From: Octopus sinensis
Lineage: Eukaryota
Reading direction: 5' to 3'
Assembly (NCBI RefSeq): GCF_006345805.1
Contig: NC_042998.1
Span: 178,932,001 to 178,996,000 of the forward strand
Length of the DNA stretch: 64,000 nt
Positions within the stretch are counted from its first letter, which is position 1; each line of letters opens with the position of its first letter. The notes under the pieces were generated by a model. The model saw only the letters and a program-made list of their open reading frames with translations, searched no databases and was not told the origin of the DNA. Made by a program: the position numbers and the translations under genes. Positions 25,877 to 39,500 of this stretch are shown here, in pieces.

Positions 25877-28800
25877 TCTGGATGGTATTAAATCCATTGT
25901 ATTCCTCTCCTTCAAATTCATGGTTTTGCACCACTGTAACAGCCTATCATTATATAATTCCATTTCTTTTTTTCCTCAGCTCTTGTACTCATAGTTACCA
26001 CGGCAATGAAGAATGCTAAGGAGGCAGCAGCCAGAGCAAATGAATCTATGGGAAAAAGAGTGGAAGCAGTAAAGCAACATGCCAAATTCCTCAAGAATGC
26101 AATGGAGGATGCTTCAGCAGTATGCTAACCAGTTTTTTATTTAAATTCTTCCAACTCATCATGTCTACCATTGGCTTTTTATTAATGCTTGTCACTTCTT
26201 CCATTAATTAGCTTTTCTCTTAATTTCATCTTTCTTGCTTTATTGTTTTTTTTTCTTTTAATTTCTTTCCATTTTTCTTTTTTACTTTTCTTTTGCTGTC
26301 TTTTCCTTCTTTCCTTTTTCTTTCCATACCATTTCCTTACTTATTCATGTTTTCTCCAATAATTTAAACTAAAATTATTCACATTAACTTCATGTTTAAT
26401 TATCTCAATCCCCCAGTCTTGTAAATATTAAAAAAGCACTGGTGATGTATACAGCTATGTAAAAACACTGGTGATGGTGCCAAGTAAGAAGCACCCAGTA
26501 AATATTCTGTAAAAACATATCAGGCCATGGGAAAATATTGTCTTGCTTGGAAACAGGTAAGGGTTGATGACACGAAGGGCATTCGGCCATAGAAAATCTA
26601 TCTCAATAAAATCCACTTGACCCATGCAAGCATGAAAAAATAGATGATGATTTGACATCAGAATATATAGAACTCAGTAAAGTGGTTGGCATTAGGGAGG
26701 GCATCCAGCCATAGTAAACATGCCAGAGCAAACACTGGTTTGGCCCCTGACCTTACCAGCTCCTGTCAAACCATCCAACCAATGCCAGCATGGGAAAATG
26801 GATGTTAAATGATGTGAATGATGGTTAGTTGTAAGTTACTTCTAATAAGATATTTGCAGTTATATTGAGTACATATTTTATAGTGTATTAATAATTAATT
26901 TTCTTTTTCTTTTTTTTTTTTTCAATTATTTAAGGTAGACTAGGAGATTTATGTCGGGGGTTGAATACATCTCCACCTACTCTCTTCATTTTGTAAGCTC
27001 TCACCTACATTTGAGTATCAATATTTTGGAATTCTAAGGCAGCGAGCTGGCAGAAACGTTAGTACACAGTGAAATGCTTAGCGGTATTTCGCCTATCTTT
27101 ACATTCTGAGTTCAAATTCTGCCAGGGTCGATTTTGCCTTTCATCCTTTCGTGCTCGATAAATTAAGTACCAGTTGCGTACTGAGGTCGATCTAATCGAC
27201 TGGCCCCCTCCCCAAACATTTTGGACCTCAATTCTGTAAGGTGGCAAGCTGGCAGAATTGTTAGCATACCAAGCAAAATGCCTAGCAGTATTTCATCCAA
27301 CTTCACATTCTGAGTTCAAATTCTGTGGAGGCTGACTTTGCTTTTCATCCTTTGGGGGAGGTGAGTCAATAAAATTAGTACCGGTTGAACACTGGGGTTG
27401 ATGTAATAGACTTACACCTGCCTCTGGAATTGCTGGCCTTGTGTTAAAATTTGAAATCAATATTTTGAAATTCTCTTAAAGTAGTATTATCTTCATCAGG
27501 TATAGCAATATCAATCGATTTAAATTGAATTTGAGTCACTATATTTCATTTCATTGTGCACCAAATTCTCAAGTCATATCTATAAAGTGTTCATACTGGA
27601 TTATGCCAGCATGGAAAACCATCGTTAAATGATGATGATTATTATTATTATTATTATGGCAGTATGACAGAAAATTGGAAAGTTACTTTATCAGCTTATT
27701 TTCATTTCTGGTTGTAGCTAGCTTAGTTGATTAATATCTAGGATGAATTTCAATATGTATCTCCTTCTTAAAAGTCCTTAATATATTTTATGGAAGCCAG
27801 TGCCGCCTCGACTGGCTTCCATAAAATACACCAATCCGACCGTGGCCGATGCCAGCCTCGCCTGGCACCAGTGCAGGTGGCACGTAAAAAGCACCCACTA
27901 CACTCACGGAGTGGTTGGCGTTAGGAAGGGCATCCAGCTGTAGAAACGTTGCCAGATAAGACCGGAGCCTGGTGCAGCCTTCTGGCTTCCCAGATCCCCG
28001 GTCGAACCGTCCAACCCATGCTAGCATGGAGAACGGACGTTAAACGATGATGATGATGATGATATTGGGAATAATGTGTGTTGAAAAAATATGAAAGAGG
28101 CTAAGCAGTTTAATTTTTGTACTATTTTTTTGCTTGTAAAGGTTTTGGAGAAAGACAGTCAGTGGCAAGCTGTAGCCAGTGCATATGAGATACGTCAAGC
28201 TGTCACAAATGAATGTGATAAGAAGGTGATGAATGCCAGGTAAATGTCATTGTTTTATGTTTCAAAACTTCTACAGTAGTCATGTTAGTGCAGAGGTAAG
28301 AGTGTTCAATCTAATGCATAAGTGTAATGAGCTCAAAATCTGTAGCTCTGTGGCTCAAATCATGCAAAAATTGACTTAACTTTTCCTCTTTCTTAGGTTC
28401 ATGTGATTACACACACACACACATGAGAGAGAGAAAGGCTTCTTTCAGTCTCCATCTACTAAATGTACTCACAAGGCAGTAAAGAATGCAAGAGAAATAC
28501 CTAGCCAAAGATAAACCTCTGTACCTGGCTTTTGTTGACACGGAGAAAACCTTTGACAGGGTCCCCCCTATCCCTTATCTGGTGGTCAATGTGGAAACTA
28601 GGTATAGATGAGTGGTTAGTGAGAGCTGTACAAGCCCTGTACAGGGATGCTGTCAATAAGGCGAGGCAGTGAAGAATGTTGTGAAGAGAAAAGGGAGGAG
28701 ATGCTGGGTCATCTGCTGAGGAGAGAATGACATAAGTTGTTGTTTGAAGTAACAGTTTGTGTGGATCATATGTTTGTGTACAAACTGTCAATATAGTCTC

Positions 28801-31800
28801 TGGTTAACGAACGAACAGTTAGATCTAGAAGTGAAATCACTTCAAAAGAATAAATCATGCTTCCATTCTTGATGGTTTGGTGGTAGGAAGCGTATATATC
28901 AACAGTGGTAAAACTCCAATTTGTGAGTTGTATGCAACTCTCAAAGCTGATATCTGCAGCTCCTGAGATTTACATCCTACCAGCTGGATTTTGAAGTATT
29001 AACTGAAAAAAAATGAAAATTCAGTAAGTCTTCAATATGCAGAGATAAATCAATTCAGCTTGGTCAATAAAACTATGTAAGAGTGTATTTTCTTGTTTTA
29101 AATATGATTTTACATATATGTGGCACATAAAAGAGCACCACCCGTGGCACATAAAAGGGCACCATTTGAGCGTGATCATTACCAATGTCGCTTCACTGGC
29201 ACGTGTAAAAAGATTCGAGTGAGGTTGTTGCCAGTGCCGTCTGACTGGCCCCCGTGCTGGTGGCATGTAAAAAGCACACACTACACTCTCAGAGTGGTTG
29301 GCGTTAGGAAGGGCATGGAAAGCAGATGTTAAACGATGATGTAACTTTTGAAATAAAATGAAACAAAAAAAAACATAGGCACAGGTGTGGCTGTTTGGTA
29401 AGAAGCTAGCTGGCAGAAACGTTAGCACGCCGGGCGAAATGCTTAGCAGTATTTCGTTTGCTGTTACGTTTTGAGTTCAAATTCCGCCGAGGTCGACTTT
29501 GCCTTTCATCCTTTCAGGGTCGATAAATTAAGTACCAGTTACGCACTGGGGTCGATGTAATCAACTTAATCCCTTTGTCTGTCCTTGTTTGTCCCCTCTA
29601 TGTTTAGCCCCTAGTGGGCAATAAAGAAATAAGAAGTTAGCTTCCCAACCACATGGTTCTGGCTTCAGTCCCACTGTGTGGCACCATAGGTAAGTGTTTT
29701 CTCCTTGGGCTGACCAAAGCCTTGTGACTGGATTTGGTAGATGGAAACTGAAAGAAGCCCTTTCATATATCTATGTGTGTGTGTGTCTGCTTGACCCCCA
29801 CCATCACTCAGGTCCCTATGACATAGCAGTTCGACAAAAGAGACTGATAGAAAAGGATCAAGCTTTAAAGGAAAAGAACTGGGGTTGACTCATTTGATTA
29901 AAAATTCTTCTAGGTGGTGCTCCAGAATGGTTGCAGTCTCACAACTGAAACAAGTTAATGATAAAAGATATATGTGACTAAATAACTGTGTTATCATTTC
30001 CAATACACAGCAGTGTCTTTAATAGAGAATTTTGACTGATGTCTTCTTGAATATTTTTCACTTTAAATTTCAGATTACAATTAGAAAAACTTCGTAAAAC
30101 ATTAGATGATGGTTTTGGTAACACTGCTACCAAACACAATGCACTATTGATTGATGGACAGGAGTTATTTAATAATATTTCACACAGCTTGAATATATCT
30201 TCAAGTGAGGTAAGATCCGCTTTCTTTTTTTCTATTCATTTCTCTTTTTCTGTCATCATCATCATCATACGTCTGTTTTCCATGCCGAAGTGGTTCCAAC
30301 AAAAAATTAAAACTGGCTCATAGTTTTGGTTCAATGGGAGTTTTCTTCTACACTACACAGATTGATCAGTCGTCAGGCATGTGGGAAACAGAACTGTGCA
30401 GTAGGAAAACAGATGTTTGTTTCTAATTTCTATTTTCTATGCTTGCATGGATTGGTTGGAAACCATTGAGGCAGATTTTCTATGGCTGGACGCCCTTGAC
30501 AAGAACCCTTACCTGTTTCCAAACACACATTTCCATACGTATATACATATACATCATGATGATATACATATATATATATACAATTGAAGTCGAAATCAAA
30601 TTCGATGACTGGCATCTGTGCTAATGGAGCGCTAAGAGAACCATATGAGTGAGATCGGGGCCAGAGCAACAAGCTGACCTCCGAGCTGATGGCACGTTAA
30701 AATTACTATTCGAGTGTGATCGTTACCTGCATTGCCTACTAGCACTTGTGCTGGTGGCACGTGAAAAAACATTCGAGCGAGGTCATTGCCGGTGCCGCTG
30801 GACTGGCTATTGTGCAGGTGGCACATAAAAAGCACCGTTTGAGCTTGGCCGTTGCCAGTACCGCCTGACTGGCCCTTGTACCAGTGGCACGTAAAAGCAT
30901 CCACTACACTCTCGGAATGGTTGGCGTTAGGAAGGGCATCCAGCTGTAGAAACTCTGCCTGATCAGATTGGAATCTGGTGCAGCCATCTGGTTCGCCAGA
31001 CCTCAGTCAAATTGTCCAACCCATGCTAGCATGGGAAACGGGCGTTAAACGACGATGATGATATATTTTTTTATTCATATATATATACACACACAGTGTG
31101 TGGGAGAGAATCATGATGTCATAGGAGAGAAATGTGTCTGCATGGATGATGGCTCACTTGCATTTAATGAAGCTGCTAAGAGAGAGGCTTGGAGACGCCA
31201 CTATGAAAGGTTGCTAAATGAAGAGAATGAATAGGTGAAAGAGAGTCTGCCAAATGTCGACCCAACAAAGGGACCAGCTATCTGAATTGACAGTATCTTG
31301 ATAGATAAAGCAATTAAAGGTATGAAGACAAGGAAAGCCCACAGTCCATCAAGAATCACCACAAAGATGCTTAAAATTTCTGGTGGTGTCGGCTATAGTC
31401 TAGTCACCTGAATGAGTCATACCCAATGACTAGTGTAGTAGCACCATAGTCAACTACTACAAAGGTAAAGGAGATGCATTAGATGCAAATACTTACAGAG
31501 GTATCAAGTTGTTGGATCAGGTAATGAAAGTCACGTAGAAGGTCATAGCTCAACTAATTAGAGAGAGAGTTAGTTTGGATGAGATGCAGTTTGGGTTTGT
31601 GCCAGGGAATACCACCACCGATGCTATATTTCTGGTAAGACAGCTGCAAGAGAAATACCTAGCCAAAGATAAACCTCTGTACCTGGCTTTTGTTGACATG
31701 GAGAAAACCTTTGACAGGGTCCCCCCGATCCCTTATCTGGTGGTCAATGCGGAAACTAGGGATAGATGAGTTGTTAGTGAGAGCTGTACAAGTCCTGTAC

Positions 31801-33493
31801 AGGGATGCTGTCAATAAAGTGAGGATTGGTAACAAGTATAGTGGAGAATTCTAAGTAGGGTTAGGGGTCTACTAAGGATCAGTCCTCAGCCGCCTCTTAT
31901 TCATCAGTGCTCCAGGCAATAATGGAGGAATTTAAGGCAGGATGCACCTGGGAGCTTCTCTATGCTGATAACCTTGCTCTAACAGCTGAGTCATTATCAG
32001 AACTAGAGAAGTTTCAGGTGTGGAAGCAAGGTCTAGAATCAAAGGGCCTTAGAGTCAATCTAGCAAAAACCAGTCTTAAGAAGTAGGAAGGCAGACAAAT
32101 CACAAATCCCTTCAGGTAGATGGCCCTGCTCAATCTGTAGTAAAGGCGTAGGTAGAAACTGAATAAGATGTACCCGGTGTAAGCTATGGACACATAAGAG
32201 GTGCAGCAATATCAAAGGAAGGCTAACTGGGAAGATAGTTTTTGTGTGGGGCAATAAACACTGAAAATGTGCAGAAAACAGCTTCTGTCACGTGCCAGGG
32301 GAAAAAACTATAAGTAGTTGATAGCTTCCGTTATCTAGATGACCAAGTCAGTAGCTGGGGAGGGTGTGCTGAAAGTGTAGCTGCTAGAATAAGAATAGCC
32401 TGGGAAAAGTTCAGAGAGCTCTTACCTCTGCTGGTGACAAAGTGCCTCTTGCTCAGAGTAAAAGGTAGAATGTATGATGCATGTTTACAAACAGCCATGC
32501 TACATGGCAGTGAAAAATGGGCCGTGACTGCTGAAGACATGCGTAAGCTCACAAGGAATGAAGCTAGTATGCTCTGCTGGATGTGTAATGTCAGTGTGCA
32601 TATATAACAGAGTGTTAGAGAAAAGTTGGACATAAACGTTAAATGTGGTGTGCAAGAGAGACAACTGTGCTGGTATGGTCATGTGTTAAGTATGGATGAG
32701 GACAGCTCTGTGAAGAAGTGTCACCTTAGCAGTAGAGGGAATCTGTGGAAGAGATAGACCCAGGAAGACCTGGGATGAGGTGGTGAACCACGACCTTTGA
32801 ACATTGGGCCTCACAGAGGTGATGGCGAGTGACTGAGACCTTTAGAGATATGCTGTGCTTGATAAGACCCGGCAATCCAAGTGAGAACATAACTGTGGCC
32901 TATGCCACAGCGTAACTGGCCCATTTAAGAGTACCCTTCAATCATTGAGCAATAAACTGTGCTTGCTGACTGGCACCCGTGCCGGTGGCATGTAAAAAGC
33001 ACCATTTGAGCATGGTCAATGCCATTACCACCTGACTGGCTCCCATGCTGGTGGCATGTAAAAAGCACCATTCGAGCCTGATCAACGCCAGTTCCAGCTG
33101 ACTGGCCCCGTGCCTGTGGCATGTAAAAAGGACTATTCGAGTGTGGTTGTTGCCAGTTCCGCATGACTGGCTCCCGTGCTAGTGGCATGTAAAAAGTACC
33201 ATTCAAGCAAGGTCGTTGCCAGTGCCGCCTGACTGGTTCCCGTGCCAGTGACATGTAAAAAGCACCGTTCAAGTGTGGTCAATGCCAGTACTGCTTAATA
33301 GGCCCTCATGCTGGTGGCACATAAAAAGCACCCACTACACTGTCAGAGTGGTTGGTGTTAGGAAGGCATCCAGCTGTAGAAACCATGCCAGATCAGATTG
33401 GAGCCTGGTACAGCCTTCTGGCTTGCCAGTCGTCAGTCAAATCATCCTACCCATGCCAGCATGGAAAACGGATGTTAAATGACAATGATGATG

Positions 33494-33534
<41 letters not shown>

Positions 33535-36500
33535 GTACACACACACATATATATATATGGATGATAGGTGGGCTTCTTTTAGTTTTTTCTACCACATCCA
33601 CTCACAAGGCTTAGGTCAGCCCAGGTTATAGTAGAAGATATTTGCACAAGGTGTCACACAATAGGATTGAACCTAGAACCAACTGGCTGGCAAGTAACCA
33701 CACAGCTACATCTATGCTCAGGTTTTCTTATATTTGAATTTATTTAGCAGTTACATCCCTAATTTTTTTTTTTTTCATTCATATCTGACAGGTATCTAGA
33801 GCAGAAAGTGAAGGCAAAATGGCTGAGAAGTATAAACATCTTGTGGATCAAAGCCGGGAGAAATTTCGAAGAGAGCTCGAAAGTATTGTGCCTAGTATAA
33901 AACTCGGTGATAGACAAAGTAAGTATCCACATCACATATTTCCATTTGGTAAGGCATATCTAAGTGATTAAGAAGTTCTCATGAGCTTACACATTTCATC
34001 CTACTGCTTGGCCTCTTGAGGCAAGTGTCTTATACCATAGCATTGGTACTGTGGTTGTACCAAGCCTTGTTAGTCAAATATAGTATAGTAAAACTGTAAG
34101 AAGGTGACAAATAAGAGGATCTTCTTTGTGACCCCACCACACACATACATGCTTTTTTGTATATGTGTGTGTGTGTGTGTGTATATGATCTTAAGATGCT
34201 GTTCCTTATGAAGGAGGTGACAAAGGACCGAGTTATCTAGTGCCTTGTTGTACTCAAGAAGACCCATCCACCACAGCAGAATTGGTATCATAAAACCACC
34301 TTAGTAATACTTACCTCTATCCCCTCTGCCCATCAACTTTCTCCCTCCTTGACAATATCATCCCCTAACACCTGTCATTTCCTCTATTGCCTGAGAGCAG
34401 AATAAGCACATACTACATTGCTTGGCTTTCTTGGTTACTCTTTCCTCTTCCTCCCCAGTTACCTCCCCCTACTGTCTCCAACATTCACATTCTTTCCGCA
34501 TTTTTTCTTCCCATTTTGTGCTGCTCTCCATCATCAACACCTTGCTTCCTGCTATCACCCTCAGTGCCCTCACATATATACTGTAACTCATCTATATCTC
34601 TCCATCATTTGCTACAGTCACCTACCTCATCCTGCCCATTTACCTAACCCAGTCCTCTATATCATCACATCTATTCTCACTATCCCAATGTCCCTCAAGG
34701 GCACATCCCAACACATCTTCGCTATCATCTCTCTCACTATCACTCTCTTTATCTTACTCTCCAACTCACTCTCCTTTGTTTTCCAACTGGAGTATCTATG
34801 CATCTACTCTACAGCAAGACACCCATATCTATCCCTTCTATACTTTAAATCTCTCAACTGGCACAAATCCACGTTCCCTCTATACCACTCCCACTTCTCC
34901 CACTCCCAGTTGAAGGGTTTTTGTGTTGCAAGGTACTTGATGACCCTGTTGGTGCTGGTGCAACATAAAAGGCAGTAGAGCTGTTGCCATGTAAAAGGTA
35001 TTAGTGCTGGTGCCATGTAAAAATTTCTGGTGATGGTACTGTATGAAAAACACTGACAATGGTGCTACATGAAAAGCACTGGTGCTGGTGCCACATAAAA
35101 AGCACCCAGTACATTCTGTAAAGTGGTTGGCATTGGGAAGGGCATCCAGCTGTGGAAACCATGCCAAAACAGAGAGTGGAACCTGGTGTTGCTCTCAGTC
35201 TTGCCAGCTCATGCCAAACTGTCCCATACCTATTTCTTTACTACCCACAAGGGGTCGAACACAGAGAGGACAGACAAACGGATTAAGTCGATTATATTGA
35301 CCCCAGTGCGTAACTGGTACTTATTTAATCGACCCCGAAAGGATGAAAGGCAAAGTCGACCTCAGCGGAATTTGAACTCAGAACTTAGTGGCAGACGAAA
35401 TACTGCTAAGCATTTTGCCCGGCGTGCTAACAATTCTGTCCCATACCAGTGAGAAAATGAATGTTAAATGATGATGATGATTACGTTATATATCATTGTC
35501 ATTATATTTTAATGTTCATTTTACATGCTGTTGGATGGTTTGACAGAGTCCAGCTGGTCTAAAGACTGCATTGTGTCCCAGTGTCTCCTTTGGCATGGTT
35601 TCTATAGTTGGACACCTTTCCTAATGTCAACCAATTTACTGAGTGTACTGAGCGCTTGCTGTGCCACTTGCAAAACTAAGATCTTCTAATGAGTAGGGCT
35701 ACATCAGAGTTAGTGGTAGCTTTAGGCTAGGAGATGGGAGTTCAAAATGTGAAAGAGAGTCAGAACAGAGGAGTTACATAGCTACCCACATAAAAGCGTG
35801 GGTTGGGAGTAGTTAGGGTGGTGCTGGAAAGAGAGATAAGCTAATGATGATGAAATATCAGAGTGGACCTTGAGGGTAGGTGTATAGAAGTGGATGCTAA
35901 CAGAAGACTGCAAGAATGTATGGGTAGTGAGGGATGGTTAGAGATGAGGAATGGGTGAGGGGGAAAATATAATGAAAGGGCGGCGAGCTGGCAGAGACGT
36001 TAGCACGCCGGGCAGTATTTCGTCTGTCGCTATGTTCTAAGTTCAAATTCCGCCGAGGTCGACTTTGCCTTTCATCCTTTCGGGGTCGATAAATAAAGTA
36101 CCAGTTTCGCACTGGGGTCGATGTAATCGACTTAATCCCTTTGTCTGTCCTTGTTTGTCCCCTCTAAGTTTAGCCCCTTGTGGGCAGTAAAGAAATAAAT
36201 ATAATGAAAATTAAGCATTGAGGGGAGGTAGGGAGGAGTAAGTGATGTGTTTAGAGATAGGGAATGGTTAAGGGGTGGATGGAGTGGAGGAGTGATTGAT
36301 GAAGGTGGCAGGGCAGTAAGCTAGTAATCCCAAATAACTCTTGATCACTTTACTACTTCATCTGGGTGCTGTTTTGAGTTGAAAACCTTCTCTATTGATT
36401 ACTTCTAGGTAAAAAGATGTCTGAAGAGGACCTAAACTCATTGATTGTTCATGCCCACACTCGCATTGATCAGTTACAGAAACAGCTTGCTAAACAGGTT

Positions 36501-39500
36501 GCCTTGGAGCAGGAAAGGTTCCAAGAAGCAGTGCGTGAACAACGGGCAGATGATGCCAAAAGAGCTGATGTAAAACTGAATGAAGAGTTAGACTTTGCGA
36601 AGAAACAATTTGAAATTGAAAAAGAAAAATTAGTAAGTATCCATTTAAATAAAAATAAGAAAAAAAAACTACTTGAATATTTCAGATTGGTTTAATATAA
36701 AGACTGACAATCATCATCATCATCATTTAATGTCTATTGTCCATTCTGACATGAGTTGGGCAGTTTGACCAGTGCTTGCAAGCTGCATCAGATTCCAGTC
36801 TGATTTGGCGTGGTTTCTATGACTAGACACCCTTCCTAATGCCAACCACTTTACAGAGTGTGCTGGGTGCTTTTATGTAGTACCACGTTTGGCATGTAAA
36901 AAGCACCATCCAACCGTGGCCGTTTGCCAGCCCCATCTGGCACGTAAAAAGCACCCACTACACTCACGGAGTGGTTGGCTTTAGGAAGGGCATCCAGCTG
37001 TAGAAACACTGACAGATCAGACTGGGCCTGGTACAGCCTTCTGGCTTCCCAGACCCCAGTTGAACCGTCCAACCCATGCTAGCATGGAAAGCGGATGCTA
37101 AATGATGATGATGATGATGATGAACATTTAATGTTTTAGAATGTTTTGGTCAGATATGGTTGCTTGAAACACTACCTTGTTTTATGTTCAAACTGGCCAT
37201 ATTCAGCTTCTCACACTTACACTACAATGTTATTCTAAAAAGAAACAATCACATCATTGAAATCTCAATGCTACAAGATAATGCATGAAGCTGGTATGCA
37301 TTGCTAGATATGCAATGTCATTGTGCATGTATGACAGAGTGTAAGCATCTTGAGAGAAAAGTTGGGCATAAGAGGCATCAGATGTGGTATGCAAGTGAGA
37401 TGACTGTGCTGGTATGGTCATGTGATGCATATGGACAGGGACAGATGATCTCTGACTGGAGGGAACCTGTGGTAGAGGTAGACCCAGGAAGACATGAAAT
37501 GAGGTGGTGAAGCATGACCATTGAACTTTGGGCCTCGCAGAGGCAATGACTAGTAATTGAAACCTTTGGCGACATGCTGTGGTTGAGAAGACCTGTCAAG
37601 CCGAGTGAAATCATAGTTGTGGGAGATGCTGGTGTCACGCAGATGACGCTCATGCCTGTGGCGTGTAATAGCATGTACTCTCAGAGTGGTTGGTGTTAGG
37701 AAGGGCATCCACATGTAGAAACCATGCCAAATCAGACTGGAGTCTGGTGTAGCCTTCCAGCCCTGGACAAGCCGTCCAACCCATTCCAACATGGACAATA
37801 GACATTAAATGATGATGAATGAGAATATATAAGCACTACATTTAACTGAGTAATCTGTTAAATGTAATGCTTTAACAGATTGCTCTAAAGTTAAAGGGTT
37901 AAAGCATATAACACTTTTTGTTTATCAACAAAATAGAAATGTATGCATGAGGATTTGAGGAGGATAAAATCATTAAAGATTTGGTCAAATACCATAAAAT
38001 TTCTCAAAAACAATCACATCTATGACACATTGAATCTGTAAGTTTGATGATCACATCGGGAATTTCCTTTTTTTTTTTTTTTTTTTTTTTTTTTGCTTTA
38101 TAAACTTGTAATTCGTTCAATTTCTTGGGTTTCTTTTGTTGAATTTTCATGTTTGCATATAGATGCAAGCATGGCTGTGTGGTTAAGAAGCTTGCTTCCA
38201 ACCATGTTGTCTTTGGTTCAGTTCCACTGTGAGACACGTTGGGCAAGACCATTTTATATATATCATCATCATCATCGTTGAATGTCCGTTTTCCATGCTA
38301 GCATGGGTTGGACGGTTTTGACTGAGGGCTGGCGAGTCAGATGGCTGCACCAAACTCCAGTCTGATCTTGCAGTGTTTCTACAGCTGGATGCCCTTCCTA
38401 ACGCCAACCACTCCGTGAGTGTAGTGGGTGCTTTTTACGGACCACTGGCACAAGGGCCAGAAGGGGCTGGCAAACGGCCATGATTGGTTGGTGCTTTTTA
38501 TGTGTCACTGACAAGGACGCCAGTCAGGCGGCGCTGGCATCAGCCACGTTCAGATGGTGCTTTTTTCGTGCCACCGGCATGGGTATCTTAACTACAATTT
38601 CCATTTGAATTTTATTTTGATGTTGGTGTTGACGTACTTGACTCAACAGGTCTCTTCAAGCACAGCATATGTATATATATGTGTGTACGCACACCTAAGT
38701 GATTGTTGGACTGCAGTGTGTTAGTCTTGCCTTTATGTAGTCTAACATTTATATAGGGTAACATTAATGCATCGCAGTCTGACAATGGCTTAGCTGACTG
38801 AAAATTTGAAGGCACTGTCAACAACTTGTTGAAGATCATCTGGCACAAGATCACCTCCTCTAATGCTCCCTCCTCTCTCAACGTATCTCTATCTTGCAAG
38901 TTATTTGGGGACCTTGCCAGTGCTGATGCCATGTAGCTAGCTGCTGCCAGACTGTCCAACTCGTGCTAGCATGGAAAGCAGATGTTAAATGATGATGATG
39001 ATGATGAAAAGTGTAGAGTAATTTATCAGATTAACTTTTATTATTTATTATAATGAACATAAAAACAAACATTGATGTATATGTGTGTGTGTTTGGGGGA
39101 ATACACTGCATCTTCAACTTAGAAGTGTAAACTATTAGTTTTATTTAGTAGTGTTGCTTATGGGGGAAAATAACCCATAAGGTTAAGTAGATTATTTTTT
39201 AGTGATAGACTTGGCCGATATATTAATCTGCACTACATATGTATTCAATCAGCGGTTCAATATATGCTTATTCTGAGGTTCGATTATTTAAAAAAAATTA
39301 CCTTATCCAATGTCAATAATTATAGGGGAATATAATCAAAAACATGACCACATACTTAATGCAGTATCTCTTGTCTACCATCAGTTATCAATTTTTTTTT
39401 TACTTACTGAGTCTGGAGGAAGGGACATTGCCAATGATCTTTATAATCATGAAACCAGTGAACTTGATGCCATTAATTGGTTATGTTAGTGCTATAGCTA

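Noticed and set aside
34310-36320. CT-rich (34310-34910) and GA-rich (35700-36320) stretches with ORFs 34387/34418
   Set aside because: Low-complexity, diverged repeat-like sequence in opposite orientations, with no coding signature.
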